A DNA stretch of 60,785 nt from a virus (Duplodnaviria > Caudoviricetes): positions 1 to 60,785 of IMG/VR virus record IMGVR_UViG_3300009008_000039, one strand, 5' to 3'. The translations under genes were made by a program, and so were the position numbers. The notes under the pieces are model-generated. The model saw only the letters and a program-made list of their open reading frames with translations. It was not told the origin of the DNA and did no database searches. This document shows positions 41,942 through 52,800 of the stretch, piece after piece (position 1 is the first letter of the stretch; every line of letters begins with the position of its first letter).

Positions 41942-44788
41942 TTATCTCCTCCCCTGGGAAGTCTGAGTTCCATCTATTATAGTTTCATAATTATCTTGTG
42001 TAATCTTAGTAGTAACTTTACCAATCAAGTGATATCCGCCCAAATTCATCTTATATGCCAAAGAAGCTGCGTCCTCTACAGAGCCTAGACCTGCGAGGCT
42101 TGGATTCACATAGTAAAACATACCTGGTGTAAACAATGATGTACCAATAAGTGTTAAATCAGTGTCATAAGGAAACTTAAGCTGTTCAAGAGAATCCACC
42201 CCCTGCTCTTCCGCTTGTTTAGACCTCAACTCTGCCAACATTGGCACTGGGACTCTACTGAATTTCATGTTCTTCAAAAGACCCATGTCCGACCCTATGT
42301 TGAAGTGATATATGCCGTCTTTTACGTCTTCGGCAGGATCTCCCCTTCTCTCAATAATATTCTTGTGGGTTGTAACATAGATTAAGAGATAGTCATATGA
42401 TGTCTTTATCAAGGTTTCAGATGCCGCAACGGAGTCCTTCACAAATGAGAAGTAATCTTCCTTAAATTCGGCACTGTCGATATTAATTACTTGTTGCTGT
42501 GGTAACGCTTCTTTGAATGTACCAATAGACGCACCACAAGACTTCCTTTCAATGCCGCCAGTGGTGGCAGTTTTGCCCGGAAGAGTCAAGGAGACCATGC
42601 TAGATCTAGTTTTTGGTGGTCTAAAAGTACGTGGCATTCCCGCACCCAAAGCAGGCATAACCAAATTGTTTATTAATGCAGTTATGAAAGATCCAAGCGG
42701 CATCTGCGGTCGAGTGCGCCGAACCACTTTCTTCAAGAACCAAGATCTAAACAAATTGAACGATATGGGGAATTGTGCCAAGTTCACAACTTTTGTATCT
42801 CCATTGTTGTCTATATATTCTAATGGACCTAGCAATACTCTTGCATTTTTGAGGGGGTAGTTGGTTGAGCCGTTTTGCTCATCTTTAGGAAAGTACGTGT
42901 TCTCCGGAAAAACCGAAAATCCTCTATTTTCTATATTTGGGTCAGATGTCAAATCTAGTTTTCCCAAGCCTGCGTTTTTACACGCCAATTCAACAATATC
43001 GCCAAGATATACAAAGTAAAATTTATAATTTTCCCCAGAAAAATCCTGAATTGATGCTTTTCGTGCTGGATCGTCTTTAGAACTTGTTGTTTTGTCTTTT
43101 GACGCAGATTCACCATCAATTGACGTTGCAATTTCGCTAGCAACTTTACTTTTAATGTCTGGATCTAGCGGCTCGACATTGTGACAGCGACCAATTCGTA
43201 CTCCTGGGTCGCCGACCGGCATCGCTGTTGTTTTCGAGGTATCGTGATCTTCCGCACTAATAGTTCTCTCATCAGCCTCTGTGATACCGGGTCCGGGTTT
43301 GTCGACAACCACGCCCATTGCACCTTGGACGTCTTTCTGTCCTGCTGCAAGGCAGAACAATCGAGTGCCAGGAGAATCAGGTTCATTATTGCCATCAATA
43401 AGCTGGTCTACGAAAGTCTTATATACGTCCTTTTTAAAGAGTCCAACTTTCTGCTTTATAACTGCATGGAGTTTGTCATTATTTTCCCCCTCTTTAAAAA
43501 AACTGAAAGTCGTTGTCCCATCGCCTTTAATTTTTAAGGCGTCGCTTCCGGCGTCCATAAGGCCAGTTGATGGATCTATCTTGCCGTTAAGTTGAAATGC
43601 CTCTTTGGCCATGGCGCCGAAAAAAGCATCTGTGGTCACCAAGGATCTTAAATTCTTACGCGCTTCACATTTTTCGTCCTTACAAGAAGTGGCGCGGAGG
43701 CCTCGGTGGATTGACCTTAGTTTTGTTTGCAGGCTGAAAACATTAGATATGTTGTGATCGGCGTTTACTTTTCTGGATATATCAACGGCGCCGTCTTTCG
43801 AAAGTCTAAATGTGTTTTGGAAAATATTAACCTGGTTTGTGCCTATCGTTGTCTCTATTCGGCCGCGATAGCTGGCAACTAGCTCAACCTGTCCGTCGTC
43901 AGCAATATTGAGATCGTAATTGTACAAAGACAACGACAAGACAGTATTTAATTTTTCGATATTTGCTATAGCATTTATATCACGTTCAGTGAGGTTTAGC
44001 CCACGAAGTTGGTCCTTTGACGGCGCTGTGTAACCAAGAAGTACTTTTATTTCATAGTGCTTTGGATTATACATGTCTGTTTCGCGATCAATTCGGGCGG
44101 GAGACCACATAAATAAGTCAACATATCTTAACCCGCCTTTTTCTGGTGCGGGTTCGCCCGGGGGCTGGGCCTGTAGGTCTTTTAGGCTCTTAAAAGTCAA
44201 TACAAGTTTACAGTCGATATTGTTTTCTACAACACCGTGTCGCTCACCATCTTGTTGTACAGTGAAGCTTTTGAGACCGACGTTGCGCCAATGAGGGCGA
44301 GTCGACTCATATGACAAGTAGTCCTGCACAGACGCAGCAGTTTCTTTACCAAAATTATCCGAAAATTTAAATTCTCTATAACATGGCTGTGGTAGGCTCA
44401 CGACTTTTCCTTGATCCACTGTGCTGTCCTCTGCTTCAACAAATTCTTCATAATTCACCTTGTAGATGCGAATTTTTGGACGCATCAAAGAAAGTGTCGA
44501 AGTCTTAATTCTGTAAAAAACATCTAAGTTGTCAATCCCTCTGAGCTTATTGACAATCTGGGCCCCGTCGCCGTTAATTTGGCGAAAAGTACGATAATTA
44601 AATAAATCGCGATTTGATAAAAAGTAATTTCCAATTTTATCTAGATTCTGGTTTAGAATATATTGCTCAAAATTAGATATTTCTATATTATCATTGGTGG
44701 CTTTTTTCTTTTTTCTAACATCTGCCTCTGCTTCTGAGGATTTTTTAACTTCCTCTTCGCCACTTGCAGACTTGACATCTTTAGCCAT
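41942..44788 (-). CDS. Putative baseplate hub protein
   Basis: Position after LysM gene; C-terminal LIGTSLFTPG.F..V...LGGYHLI..V...I typical of hub beta-barrel. Confidence 0.6.
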   Translation of the reverse strand: MAKDVKSASGEEEVKKSSEAEADVRKKKKATNDNIEISNFEQYILNQNLDKIGNYFLSNRDLFNYRTFRQINGDGAQIVNKLRGIDNLDVFYRIKTSTLSLMRPKIRIYKVNYEEFVEAEDSTVDQGKVVSLPQPCYREFKFSDNFGKETAASVQDYLSYESTRPHWRNVGLKSFTVQQDGERHGVVENNIDCKLVLTFKSLKDLQAQPPGEPAPEKGGLRYVDLFMWSPARIDRETDMYNPKHYEIKVLLGYTAPSKDQLRGLNLTERDINAIANIEKLNTVLSLSLYNYDLNIADDGQVELVASYRGRIETTIGTNQVNIFQNTFRLSKDGAVDISRKVNADHNISNVFSLQTKLRSIHRGLRATSCKDEKCEARKNLRSLVTTDAFFGAMAKEAFQLNGKIDPSTGLMDAGSDALKIKGDGTTTFSFFKEGENNDKLHAVIKQKVGLFKKDVYKTFVDQLIDGNNEPDSPGTRLFCLAAGQKDVQGAMGVVVDKPGPGITEADERTISAEDHDTSKTTAMPVGDPGVRIGRCHNVEPLDPDIKSKVASEIATSIDGESASKDKTTSSKDDPARKASIQDFSGENYKFYFVYLGDIVELACKNAGLGKLDLTSDPNIENRGFSVFPENTYFPKDEQNGSTNYPLKNARVLLGPLEYIDNNGDTKVVNLAQFPISFNLFRSWFLKKVVRRTRPQMPLGSFITALINNLVMPALGAGMPRTFRPPKTRSSMVSLTLPGKTATTGGIERKSCGASIGTFKEALPQQQVINIDSAEFKEDYFSFVKDSVAASETLIKTSYDYLLIYVTTHKNIIERRGDPAEDVKDGIYHFNIGSDMGLLKNMKFSRVPVPMLAELRSKQAEEQGVDSLEQLKFPYDTDLTLIGTSLFTPGMFYYVNPSLAGLGSVEDAASLAYKMNLGGYHLIGKVTTKITQDNYETIIDGTQTSQGRR

Positions 44789-44789
44789 T

Positions 44790-45125
44790 TTAATATCCTA
44801 TATAAAACAATACGGTTTCCAGAGGTACTGGAACGTATATAACATCGCCCAAACTCACGTGCATTTCAGTTGGCTTCTGGTTATACAGAGCAATAACCCA
44901 CCATAATGTAGGGTCATCATAGTATTCGGCAGCTAGTTTGAAGTATCGGTCGCCAGTGCTCCATATGTGGTTGATGGTATTAAACTTAGCAACGTCAGCC
45001 GAGGTTGGGTGACGAAAAGTTGGAGTACCGTACTGTTTGATCTGTTCCATTCCACGAGTCTTTTTTAAATATCGGCGATAAGCCTCGTCAATATTAACAA
45101 AAATATCTTGATTTTTATATCTCAT
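44790..45125 (-). CDS. LysM-domain baseplate protein (gp53/tail X-like)
   Basis: GDRYFKLAAEYYDDPTLWWVIALYN...GDVIYVP. Confidence 0.8.
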   Translation of the reverse strand: MRYKNQDIFVNIDEAYRRYLKKTRGMEQIKQYGTPTFRHPTSADVAKFNTINHIWSTGDRYFKLAAEYYDDPTLWWVIALYNQKPTEMHVSLGDVIYVPVPLETVLFYIGY

Positions 45126-45127
45126 TT

Positions 45128-46060
45128 TTACTGCTCCTCAACTCCGGGCGTGGTGCTTGTGTCACCGAGTACCTGCTCGGCGGTCTTCTCGGCTTCGCGG
45201 TCGGCCGGATTTCCAGGAGTTGGAACAGGAGAAGAGGATGCTTGCGCATCATCAAATACTGCGTTGCCGGCCGATGGGGTATCTGTAACATCTCTGACCA
45301 TTCCAAAATCATACGGGAACCGAGGGCCGGTTGTGCCGCCTCTCCAGTTGCCAGTGTCGTAATCCCACCCTAGTGCATGATCGTGAACAACGTCCAAACT
45401 GAAGCTTATCTTCATAAGCTTTGGAATTAATAGTTTTTTGCCCTCATTGATGCTATTTTCGAAGCCTGCCTCCTTCAACAGCTTACCATCTAAGTTGGCT
45501 GACGCAGAGCTCATATTTTCTGGCTTTACACCAATAAATCCGTTCTTACTATCCGGAGTAACAGATACGCTCTTTATTACACCAAGAAGGCCTTGGCCAT
45601 CGTTTGTTGAAGAACAGATTAGGTTTGCGAAACGAACACGAAAGAGTGGCGACGCTGCAATTGAAGTAGTTGTTTGAGTGTCCTTATAGGTCGGATATAG
45701 GGCGCCAAGAAACCAACTTAAATTGTTCAAAGCATCCAGGCCGACTGTTACAGAGGAGGAGGGTATAGAAAAAGCAACCCTAATTGATCTCTTGTTGGAT
45801 TTCCACATATAATACGGGTCTGGGCGTCCAAATGGTTGTTGTGCAGAAAAATCTGCATTAAAAGTATCTGAAATGGTATCCAAATATGCAAGAAATTGTA
45901 TTACTGGTGGGTTTTTAATGTGAACCGGGATGATCTCCAGTATTGTACCGGCTTCAGCTGCAGAAGAATTATTAAAATCGTTTTTCTTGAATTTAACGTT
46001 TCGAAGCTTATCTTTGTCACCTGAATATGCGGCTATTTCTGTTTGGAAAAATTTTGGCAT
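45128..46060 (-). CDS. Putative tail tube initiator/baseplate protein
   Basis: FGRPDP...RSI...F; between tape measure and LysM genes. Confidence 0.6.
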   Translation of the reverse strand: MPKFFQTEIAAYSGDKDKLRNVKFKKNDFNNSSAAEAGTILEIIPVHIKNPPVIQFLAYLDTISDTFNADFSAQQPFGRPDPYYMWKSNKRSIRVAFSIPSSSVTVGLDALNNLSWFLGALYPTYKDTQTTTSIAASPLFRVRFANLICSSTNDGQGLLGVIKSVSVTPDSKNGFIGVKPENMSSASANLDGKLLKEAGFENSINEGKKLLIPKLMKISFSLDVVHDHALGWDYDTGNWRGGTTGPRFPYDFGMVRDVTDTPSAGNAVFDDAQASSSPVPTPGNPADREAEKTAEQVLGDTSTTPGVEEQ

Positions 46061-46074
46061 TACTTTTTATATCC

Positions 46075-48111
46075 TTAAACTGGTTCAATCTGGTTAAATG
46101 TTCTTTTGAAATGGTCAAGGACACCCTTGACGGAGGCCTCGCCGACCTTTTCGCTATCAAGGAGAAGGGGGACGTTTATTTCAATTGGCACGGTCGGGGT
46201 ACCTTCGCCGACTGGCTCTGCGGCGACGCGTTGGAGTTGTTCGAGTTGTTTAATTATCGCATCCGACTCAGAAACTCCGTCTTCGCCCGGAGGGGGCGCC
46301 GTTCTGGTGGCTGCATCAATTACCTTAGCAGTTCCTAAAACCCCACCTGCTGCAAGCGCAGGGGATCCCATAGCTACCAGACCTGCGGAGATTGGGGCCA
46401 TGGCCGCCTTCGCGCCAGTTAGCACTTCGGATGCAACCTTGAGTTGGCTAACAAAACCGATTGCGGCGGCCTCTGAGTTTTTTGTCTCTTGAAGAACCCC
46501 CTTGAAACCCTGCATCAGTGCGTCAGTCGCTGTTGTTGCTCCAGTGCGGGTTCTTTGCAAGAACTTGTCGAAACCTCCACCTAAACTAGACAGATTCTTC
46601 TGCATTAATTCTGCATTTGTCATTGTTTCTTCAATTTTCTTTTTTAGTTCTTCTTGTGTCATGACGGAAGTGTCAAGAGCCTCTGCTCCTGCCTCGGCTT
46701 CCTCTTTATTCATAACAAGTTTTGAAAAGTCTTCAACGTTCATACCAGCAGCAGTTGCGATAACCTGCTTCATGCGACGATCAGCAGATTCAAAGTCAAC
46801 GCCGGCGGCATGAACAGCCTCTTGAATCATAGCGAACTTATCGGCAGGATCAGCATGCACAAGATCTGTCACTGACAACACGGTACTGCCCAGAACTGCG
46901 TTTAATTGCTGCGCGGCGCCGGCGGCGCCCTTAAATGTATCAAGTTTTTCTGCATAACCAGACAATTTACCCATTTCTATGCCTGTCGCTTGTGACTGCG
47001 CTTGTAGTTCTGCGAACACTTCCACCGTTCGATCACCGAACTGCACAAGCTGCGGGCCTATATCCTGAAAGTTGGTGAAAACTTGACCTACGGACAGGCC
47101 GAGGGAGTCTGCCACTTGTGTTATGGACTTCAGAGAGTTTGTTGCTTCTTTTGGCGTTAATTTCATCGCCTTTGTGAACATATTTAGGGCTTTTCCAGAT
47201 GTAGCTAGCGGTACATTCAGCTTTTTAAGGCCGGCCATTAAGTTCCCAGTGAAAACGGCCGCCTCTTTGTTATTTTCAATAAACTCTGGTCGGAAAAGAG
47301 CAACACTTTTTACTAACTCTCCAAGTGCCCCGCCAACATCGTCCGCTGTTAAGCCAATATTTGCTAATGGCTTTGCTTCTTCGGAGAGGCCTCTAAACAG
47401 CTTGCCAGTGCGCTCCGCTTCTAAAGGGTCCAACATAAACACAAAAGAATCGCGCACTTTTTCTGCGTTGACACCGGTGGTCTTTATGACATTTCGAAAT
47501 GAGGTGTCAAGCTCGCCTGGTATTGCAGCGGCCTTTTGTTTAAGTGCATCGATCCCAGTGATGAGGCCAGGGAAGAGGCTGGCCATGGCTAGAGTACCGG
47601 CGTCATCAAAAATTCCGCCAATCATACTGCCTAAGCCTTCCAGGGATCCACCAATGGCCTTGGGAATCATGTTACCAAGATCACCCCACGTCTCCAATTG
47701 TTGTTCTTGCCAGCCAGCGGACATCTTCCTCAAATCAGCCTCTGCGGAGGAGGCCTGTGACTTGAAGTTATCTTTTGCAAGGGCGGCCAACTTCTCAGTA
47801 TCCTCAATAGCTGTCAAAGTCGCCGAACGATGCTCTTTGGCAAATTTAGCAACTTCTTCTCGAAGTTTTATAGACTGCTTCAACGCCTTGGCTTTTTCGC
47901 TATTTTGGTCCTTAAGAGTTGCAAGTTCAGCTTTTTCTTGCGCAATTAGCTTTTCTTTCGCCTCAGCGACTTGCAAAGCATTTTCAAGTATCGCACGAGA
48001 GTTGATAAGCCTTCTTTCTTGTACCTCAGAGAGCGCCTCTTCGGCTGCAGCCGTCTCTTGGACTATTTGAAGATGTTTTTCTAGTTCTTCTGGGGTTAGC
48101 TTATCAGCCAT
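46075..48111 (-). CDS. Tape measure protein (start MADKLT)
   Basis: Ala-rich helical 678 aa; follows tail chaperone genes. Confidence 0.75.
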   Translation of the reverse strand: MADKLTPEELEKHLQIVQETAAAEEALSEVQERRLINSRAILENALQVAEAKEKLIAQEKAELATLKDQNSEKAKALKQSIKLREEVAKFAKEHRSATLTAIEDTEKLAALAKDNFKSQASSAEADLRKMSAGWQEQQLETWGDLGNMIPKAIGGSLEGLGSMIGGIFDDAGTLAMASLFPGLITGIDALKQKAAAIPGELDTSFRNVIKTTGVNAEKVRDSFVFMLDPLEAERTGKLFRGLSEEAKPLANIGLTADDVGGALGELVKSVALFRPEFIENNKEAAVFTGNLMAGLKKLNVPLATSGKALNMFTKAMKLTPKEATNSLKSITQVADSLGLSVGQVFTNFQDIGPQLVQFGDRTVEVFAELQAQSQATGIEMGKLSGYAEKLDTFKGAAGAAQQLNAVLGSTVLSVTDLVHADPADKFAMIQEAVHAAGVDFESADRRMKQVIATAAGMNVEDFSKLVMNKEEAEAGAEALDTSVMTQEELKKKIEETMTNAELMQKNLSSLGGGFDKFLQRTRTGATTATDALMQGFKGVLQETKNSEAAAIGFVSQLKVASEVLTGAKAAMAPISAGLVAMGSPALAAGGVLGTAKVIDAATRTAPPPGEDGVSESDAIIKQLEQLQRVAAEPVGEGTPTVPIEINVPLLLDSEKVGEASVKGVLDHFKRTFNQIEPV

Positions 48112-48153
48112 TTGTGGCACCTCGTCAATTATAAATAGTTAGCAGTGAAAAAT

Positions 48154-48177
48154 AAAAAACCCTGCAGATGCAGGGTT
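48154..48177 (-). terminator. Intrinsic terminator
   Basis: AACCCTGC/GCAGGGTT stem then T-tract. Confidence 0.75.
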
Positions 48178-48180
48178 AAA

Positions 48181-48342
48181 TTAGCCAACTTTTCCTTCTA
48201 TTGCTTGCTTTTCCAATTCGAACTGTCGTGTGAGTTTTCTCAAAAACCACCTACGCAATCCAATTGGTAAATTATACGCCTCCTGAAAGCTCCATCCGCC
48301 ATGATATTTCAAGAAGAAGAACTGATCATACACGTTCTCCAT
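48181..48342 (-). CDS. Tail/baseplate assembly chaperone C-part (gp51-like), missed by ORF track
   Basis: MENVYDQFFFLKYHGGWSFQEAYNLPIGLRRWFL...; frame open back to the T7 run at 48361-48367. Confidence 0.75.
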   Translation of the reverse strand: MENVYDQFFFLKYHGGWSFQEAYNLPIGLRRWFLRKLTRQFELEKQAIEGKVG

Positions 48343-48349
48343 ATATTCT

Positions 48350-49177
48350 TCATTCAGGCCAAAAAAACTCCGCAGTCAGCGGTACCTCCATGTCCTCCTC
48401 GTGGAGGCAGTACGAGCATAGCATATTGTTTACTAGTCGTACACTAGGAACGAGTTTGGGATATAAACTCCTGAGATGTCGAGAATCCTTTGCCGGCATG
48501 GCGTTGATGAATTCTGCAACGTACTCTTCGTCCATGTTTTCATTTACTTTCGTCACAAACACTGAAAGTATACTTGTTATTGGAGCTTCGGTGTCCTCTT
48601 TTCTAGTAGAAACAAACTCCTTTTCTTCCTCTCCGGTGATTAGAGACAGGCCCACGACAACACCTGATTGTGGCAAAGTCGTATCAAGGGTCATTGTTCT
48701 CTCATTAAAGACGACCTTCTCTTTTTTGAGGAGCTTCTTGTCAAAGCACCCTTCTGCGGCCTGTGCGTCGTGAAGGTCATATACAATTTCATTTTCTTTA
48801 CCACAAGCGCGGCATGGAGCGCTAACATTGTACTCATTGCCATAGCCAGATATACGCGCTGCAATAAGTATAGCATTGCGATCGCCCACAAGAAGGGTTT
48901 GTGGATCTATATCTTCAACCAAAATGCCTTGCAAAAAGCGATCGATGGCTAGACCCTTTTTAATAAGGGCCCTGGAAGATAAGACATCCTCATCTTTGGC
49001 TGTCATAAACTTTATCTCAACCGTTTCCTGGTTACAAAGAGGGTGCTCTTCTGGATAGAACTGGCCCCTGGAAGGAAGCTCCACGAACTCGGTAGGAACT
49101 GCGAATGCAAGAACCGGTTGCAGTGGACCGGGAGAAGGAGGCGCTGCTTTTCCTAAGCGCCTTTGATTGTTTCTCAT
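48350..49177 (-). CDS. Baseplate hub/tail assembly chaperone (T4 gp26-like)
   Basis: VELPSRG.FY, MTAKDEDVL, GDRNAIL..AR..GYG, two CxxC, ends AEFFWPE. Confidence 0.8.
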   Translation of the reverse strand: MRNNQRRLGKAAPPSPGPLQPVLAFAVPTEFVELPSRGQFYPEEHPLCNQETVEIKFMTAKDEDVLSSRALIKKGLAIDRFLQGILVEDIDPQTLLVGDRNAILIAARISGYGNEYNVSAPCRACGKENEIVYDLHDAQAAEGCFDKKLLKKEKVVFNERTMTLDTTLPQSGVVVGLSLITGEEEKEFVSTRKEDTEAPITSILSVFVTKVNENMDEEYVAEFINAMPAKDSRHLRSLYPKLVPSVRLVNNMLCSYCLHEEDMEVPLTAEFFWPE

Positions 49178-49202
49178 TTAAACCTCGTCAAATATTTTAA
49201 TT

Positions 49203-49802
49203 TTAGGTAGCTAATGCGAGACCGCCGGGTACGGATTGATATGTAGCGTAATCGTAAACAATGTCAACGCTAATGTCAACAAGGTCTTCCGAAGCGTAAT
49301 CCATTCCATCTCCGAACTTAACTCCCTTAATGAAAGCGTTCTTGAGTGTCCACTCTTCTATAATTCTTGTCGAATCAACAGCGCCGATGACCTCACCGGG
49401 ATCAGCACCTGCAGGAAGAATAACTCCGCCGCCGTCAAGCTGCTTAATACGCACTTCACCGATTGCACTAGTTGTGCTTACCTTCGTAACACCTGTTACC
49501 AGCGCAGCCTCTGATGTTGGCTGTACGTAACCGGCATTCAAGAGAGAAGCGTAGAACTTGGATCCCACATTTGGGTCGACTGCATCAATGAATGTGCATG
49601 CCACAGGGCCCCATGTTACAACGCCAGGAAAGTTAAATACGTGATTTAGGATATTGTGCTTTTTCTCGGCCATGGAATACGAAGGCTTGCTGACTGTCTT
49701 CACCATGAATGATAAATTTGAAAGTTCGGAAAATGTTACCAAAAATCTAAACTTTCTTTTTGGTTGGAAGCCTCCGGGACCTGTGTCTGAAAAAAACGGC
49801 AT
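49203..49802 (-). CDS. Tail tube protein (gp19-like)
   Basis: PKRKFRF, V.KP, W.L.NAFIK.V.FG..DY.S..L..I..YDYA; follows sheath. Confidence 0.85.
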   Translation of the reverse strand: MPFFSDTGPGGFQPKRKFRFLVTFSELSNLSFMVKTVSKPSYSMAEKKHNILNHVFNFPGVVTWGPVACTFIDAVDPNVGSKFYASLLNAGYVQPTSEAALVTGVTKVSTTSAIGEVRIKQLDGGGVILPAGADPGEVIGAVDSTRIIEEWTLKNAFIKGVKFGDGMDYASEDLVDISVDIVYDYATYQSVPGGLALAT

Positions 49803-49846
49803 GTATTTAGTCTCCTATGCGTACGTATAACTAGTGTTAAATTATT

Positions 49847-52800
49847 TTAATCTTCGAAAGATGCTCCACTTCTTGTAATAATAAAGTCAAGTGCGATGAA
49901 TTCAATAGCGCGGGCTGGCTTCAAGAAGATCTTTGCATAAAGAATGTTCCTGTCAACCAGATCAGGCGTAGTGGTTGTATCATCAAGCACCACCTTGAAG
50001 TCAGAGAGGCCTAGGCCAGCTTGCACGCCCTCAAGGAAGGGTACTACTTGGCCTGTGAAGCGATCCCAAGTAGCTTGGACATTTTGGTCGAAGAGTACTC
50101 TAGAGGCAATTCTAGAGATCTCCTTCTTGACGAAAATCATCAGCCTTCTTACGTTAATCCTATCCAATGCGGAAGGTGTAACCTGGAGTGTCTTCTGACC
50201 GAAGATAACCAGACCTTCTGCGGGGAAGCTAGCAATCGGGTTGATGTTAGCATCATATAGCTTATCTCTCTCTGTGGATGTAAGGCGTTGTCTCACACCC
50301 AGCACGGGCAGTCCAGCAGACCCCTCACTTAAGCCGCCGCGAGTAAATCCGGCAGGGGCGAACCACACTGCGGACTTGCGCTGGGAGCTTGAGAATGTTC
50401 CAAGGGCAACAACAGATGGCGGCACGTAAAGCAGCGAATCGGATGCTGCATCACGAATCTTAACCCAGGGGTAGAAAGCGCAGCCGTAACTTGAATTGAT
50501 GTTCATGTCCTTCAAGTTGTTAACTGTTGTTGTCACAGAGCCCAAGACAGATGAGTCTGTTTCGGACTCGGATCTCTCGTGCGGCGGCAAGTAGCCACCT
50601 TCAAGGTCGATCACAGCTAGAGCGTCCGCGCGATCTTCGCAAGTGTTTATTAACTGTGTGTTCAGTGTATCACTTGTAATACCAGGTACAGTTAATACAT
50701 CATACTCTAGGTAATCTGCATCTGCGCATACGTCAATCGCCTTCTTTAAGCTGTAGTATGCACTATTGTTAATCTCTGTTGGCGTGCTGCCCATCTTCGA
50801 GTTGCGGAAGTTGTCCTGTTCTGTGACATCGTATCCGTCAGCACCACCGAACATCGGAGATGTAAACTGGTCGAAGCCCTTTGTCAGAACATACGGCTCG
50901 CTGGCGCTAGCGCTTACGGCGGTGAAGGAATCACCACTGGCGCGGGATCCAGAAACCCAAACAGCATGGTTCGTATCAGAGGAGTTCTCCTGGACGTCAT
51001 CCAGCGTGAACACCCAAGAATACTGACGTAGTGTGTCGCCAGCAGAAACAGTAGACTGATCGAAAGCCTGTGGCGTAACTCGATGCAGGTCCAAGTTGGC
51101 CTTGTTGAATCTTCTTGAGCCAGCAATATTCGACTGGTATCCAAAGTAGGCCTGGGAGGCCTGCACGAGGGAACCCTCGGAAGAAGAAACTCTTAGACGG
51201 GATGTGGGCCACTCAACTGAAGCTGTCATGGCGTAAGATGTGTAAAGCAGCTCATCGGCCGCGTGGCCATCAATCATCGTTTGCGCCGGCAGCGCATTGG
51301 TGGAACCTGAGCCGACAGAAATAATTGTGCCAGTTGACGCGTCAGTAATCTCGTGCGTCTTAACAACTGCAGGTCCGAAAACGCCAAATGGATTTTTTCC
51401 ATTTGCGTCGCCGGCTGCTACCAAATCACTGACTTCTACGCGGATGTAAGAAGAGCGATTATCGTTTTCACCGTGTTCGATGATACGCTTGTTTTCCTCA
51501 TCATACGTGTAGTTTCTGTCGCCAATGACGCGGCCGATGTAGTTAGAGGACTTAGGATCCAAGTTCATTCCTGAGAATCTCTCCAGGACGGCTGGCTTGT
51601 TGTCAATATCGGTCGCGCTTCGAACTTCTAGGGAGAAAGTACCAAACTTATTAAAGTTATCAGTTGGCACCTTGATGTCTGTAATAGAGACTTTGTAGTC
51701 TCTATTTGCTTGAGCGCCAGAATCAAGGGCGTGAATTCTAAATAGACTGTCTGTGTGAGCAGTTGGATCGAACGAGGCCGTGGTTTCGCCGCGGTTATCC
51801 TGTGAGAAGAACCAGCCAGTTTTAGCTGCAGTAGCTTGCTGCTGGTGGTCTGCCCACTCCACGTTTGAACTGCCCTGAGTACCATCGAGGGCCAAAATAA
51901 CACCAAGATGATCGCCAGTCTCAGTCACACTAGAACCAGTTACAGCCATTTTGCTGTTTTCAGTGCTGATGAGGTTTGACTCAAATGTTTCGCCAAGCCA
52001 GTAATTATCAGTTGACGAGTTAATCTGACTGTTGGTTCTAGTCGGGTTTGTATTAAATACCTTTCTAATGAAAAGGTCGGAATTTCTATCAAAATTAAAT
52101 GTTGCCGTCTTTGTTACGTCTGACTCGGCTACATTACCTTGTACAAGCTTGGCAGTGAACTTAAGGCCACCATCACTTTTGATGAGGGCGCCTGCTGCTT
52201 GACGGTTTGTTCCATCGCGAGAAGAGCCGGTTAACACTACGGCGCCGTCCTCGACATACCAAACAGCAGCCAAGGTACCAGTAACTATATTGCTTACTCC
52301 ACCGCCGAAGCCGCCGTCTGCAGCTGCAGCATTGGCTTCATCCTCGGTGATGTCTCTGTTGCCAAGGGCGCCGCCGGCAGATTGTGTTAAGTGGACAACC
52401 GCGCCATCTGTATTTCCTGTTATTCTTCCCGCGTGGCCACTAGAGTGTGTTATGACAGAAAGCAGCTGTGTTGCTGCATCACTTGCGTCTGAACCAGTAT
52501 TCCACAGGTTTGAAGAAGCGTCAGTGGCGGCGGCTTGAGAAGTAAAGTTAATAGATGTCCCATCGGCTGAAATGATTGTCACTATCGAGCCGGCGGTACC
52601 TACGTCCGAGAATGTAATAGAAGCAGTCGCATTGGAGCTTGGATAAGAATCCGGATTTGGCATGATAAACAAGCCATAGGCGCCGCCGGCGCTGCTTGAG
52701 ATGTCTGCGTTTGCGAAAGTTCCCGATGTGCGCCAGCCGGCTCTCGCGGACTGTCCCGTCTCTGCGTTGCCAGCTTCTTCACCTAAAACGCGATATACGG

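Noticed and set aside
36010-48138. TATAAATA on the plus strand as T4 late promoters driving antisense genes
   Set aside because: No credible plus-strand genes follow; placement tracks minus-strand starts instead
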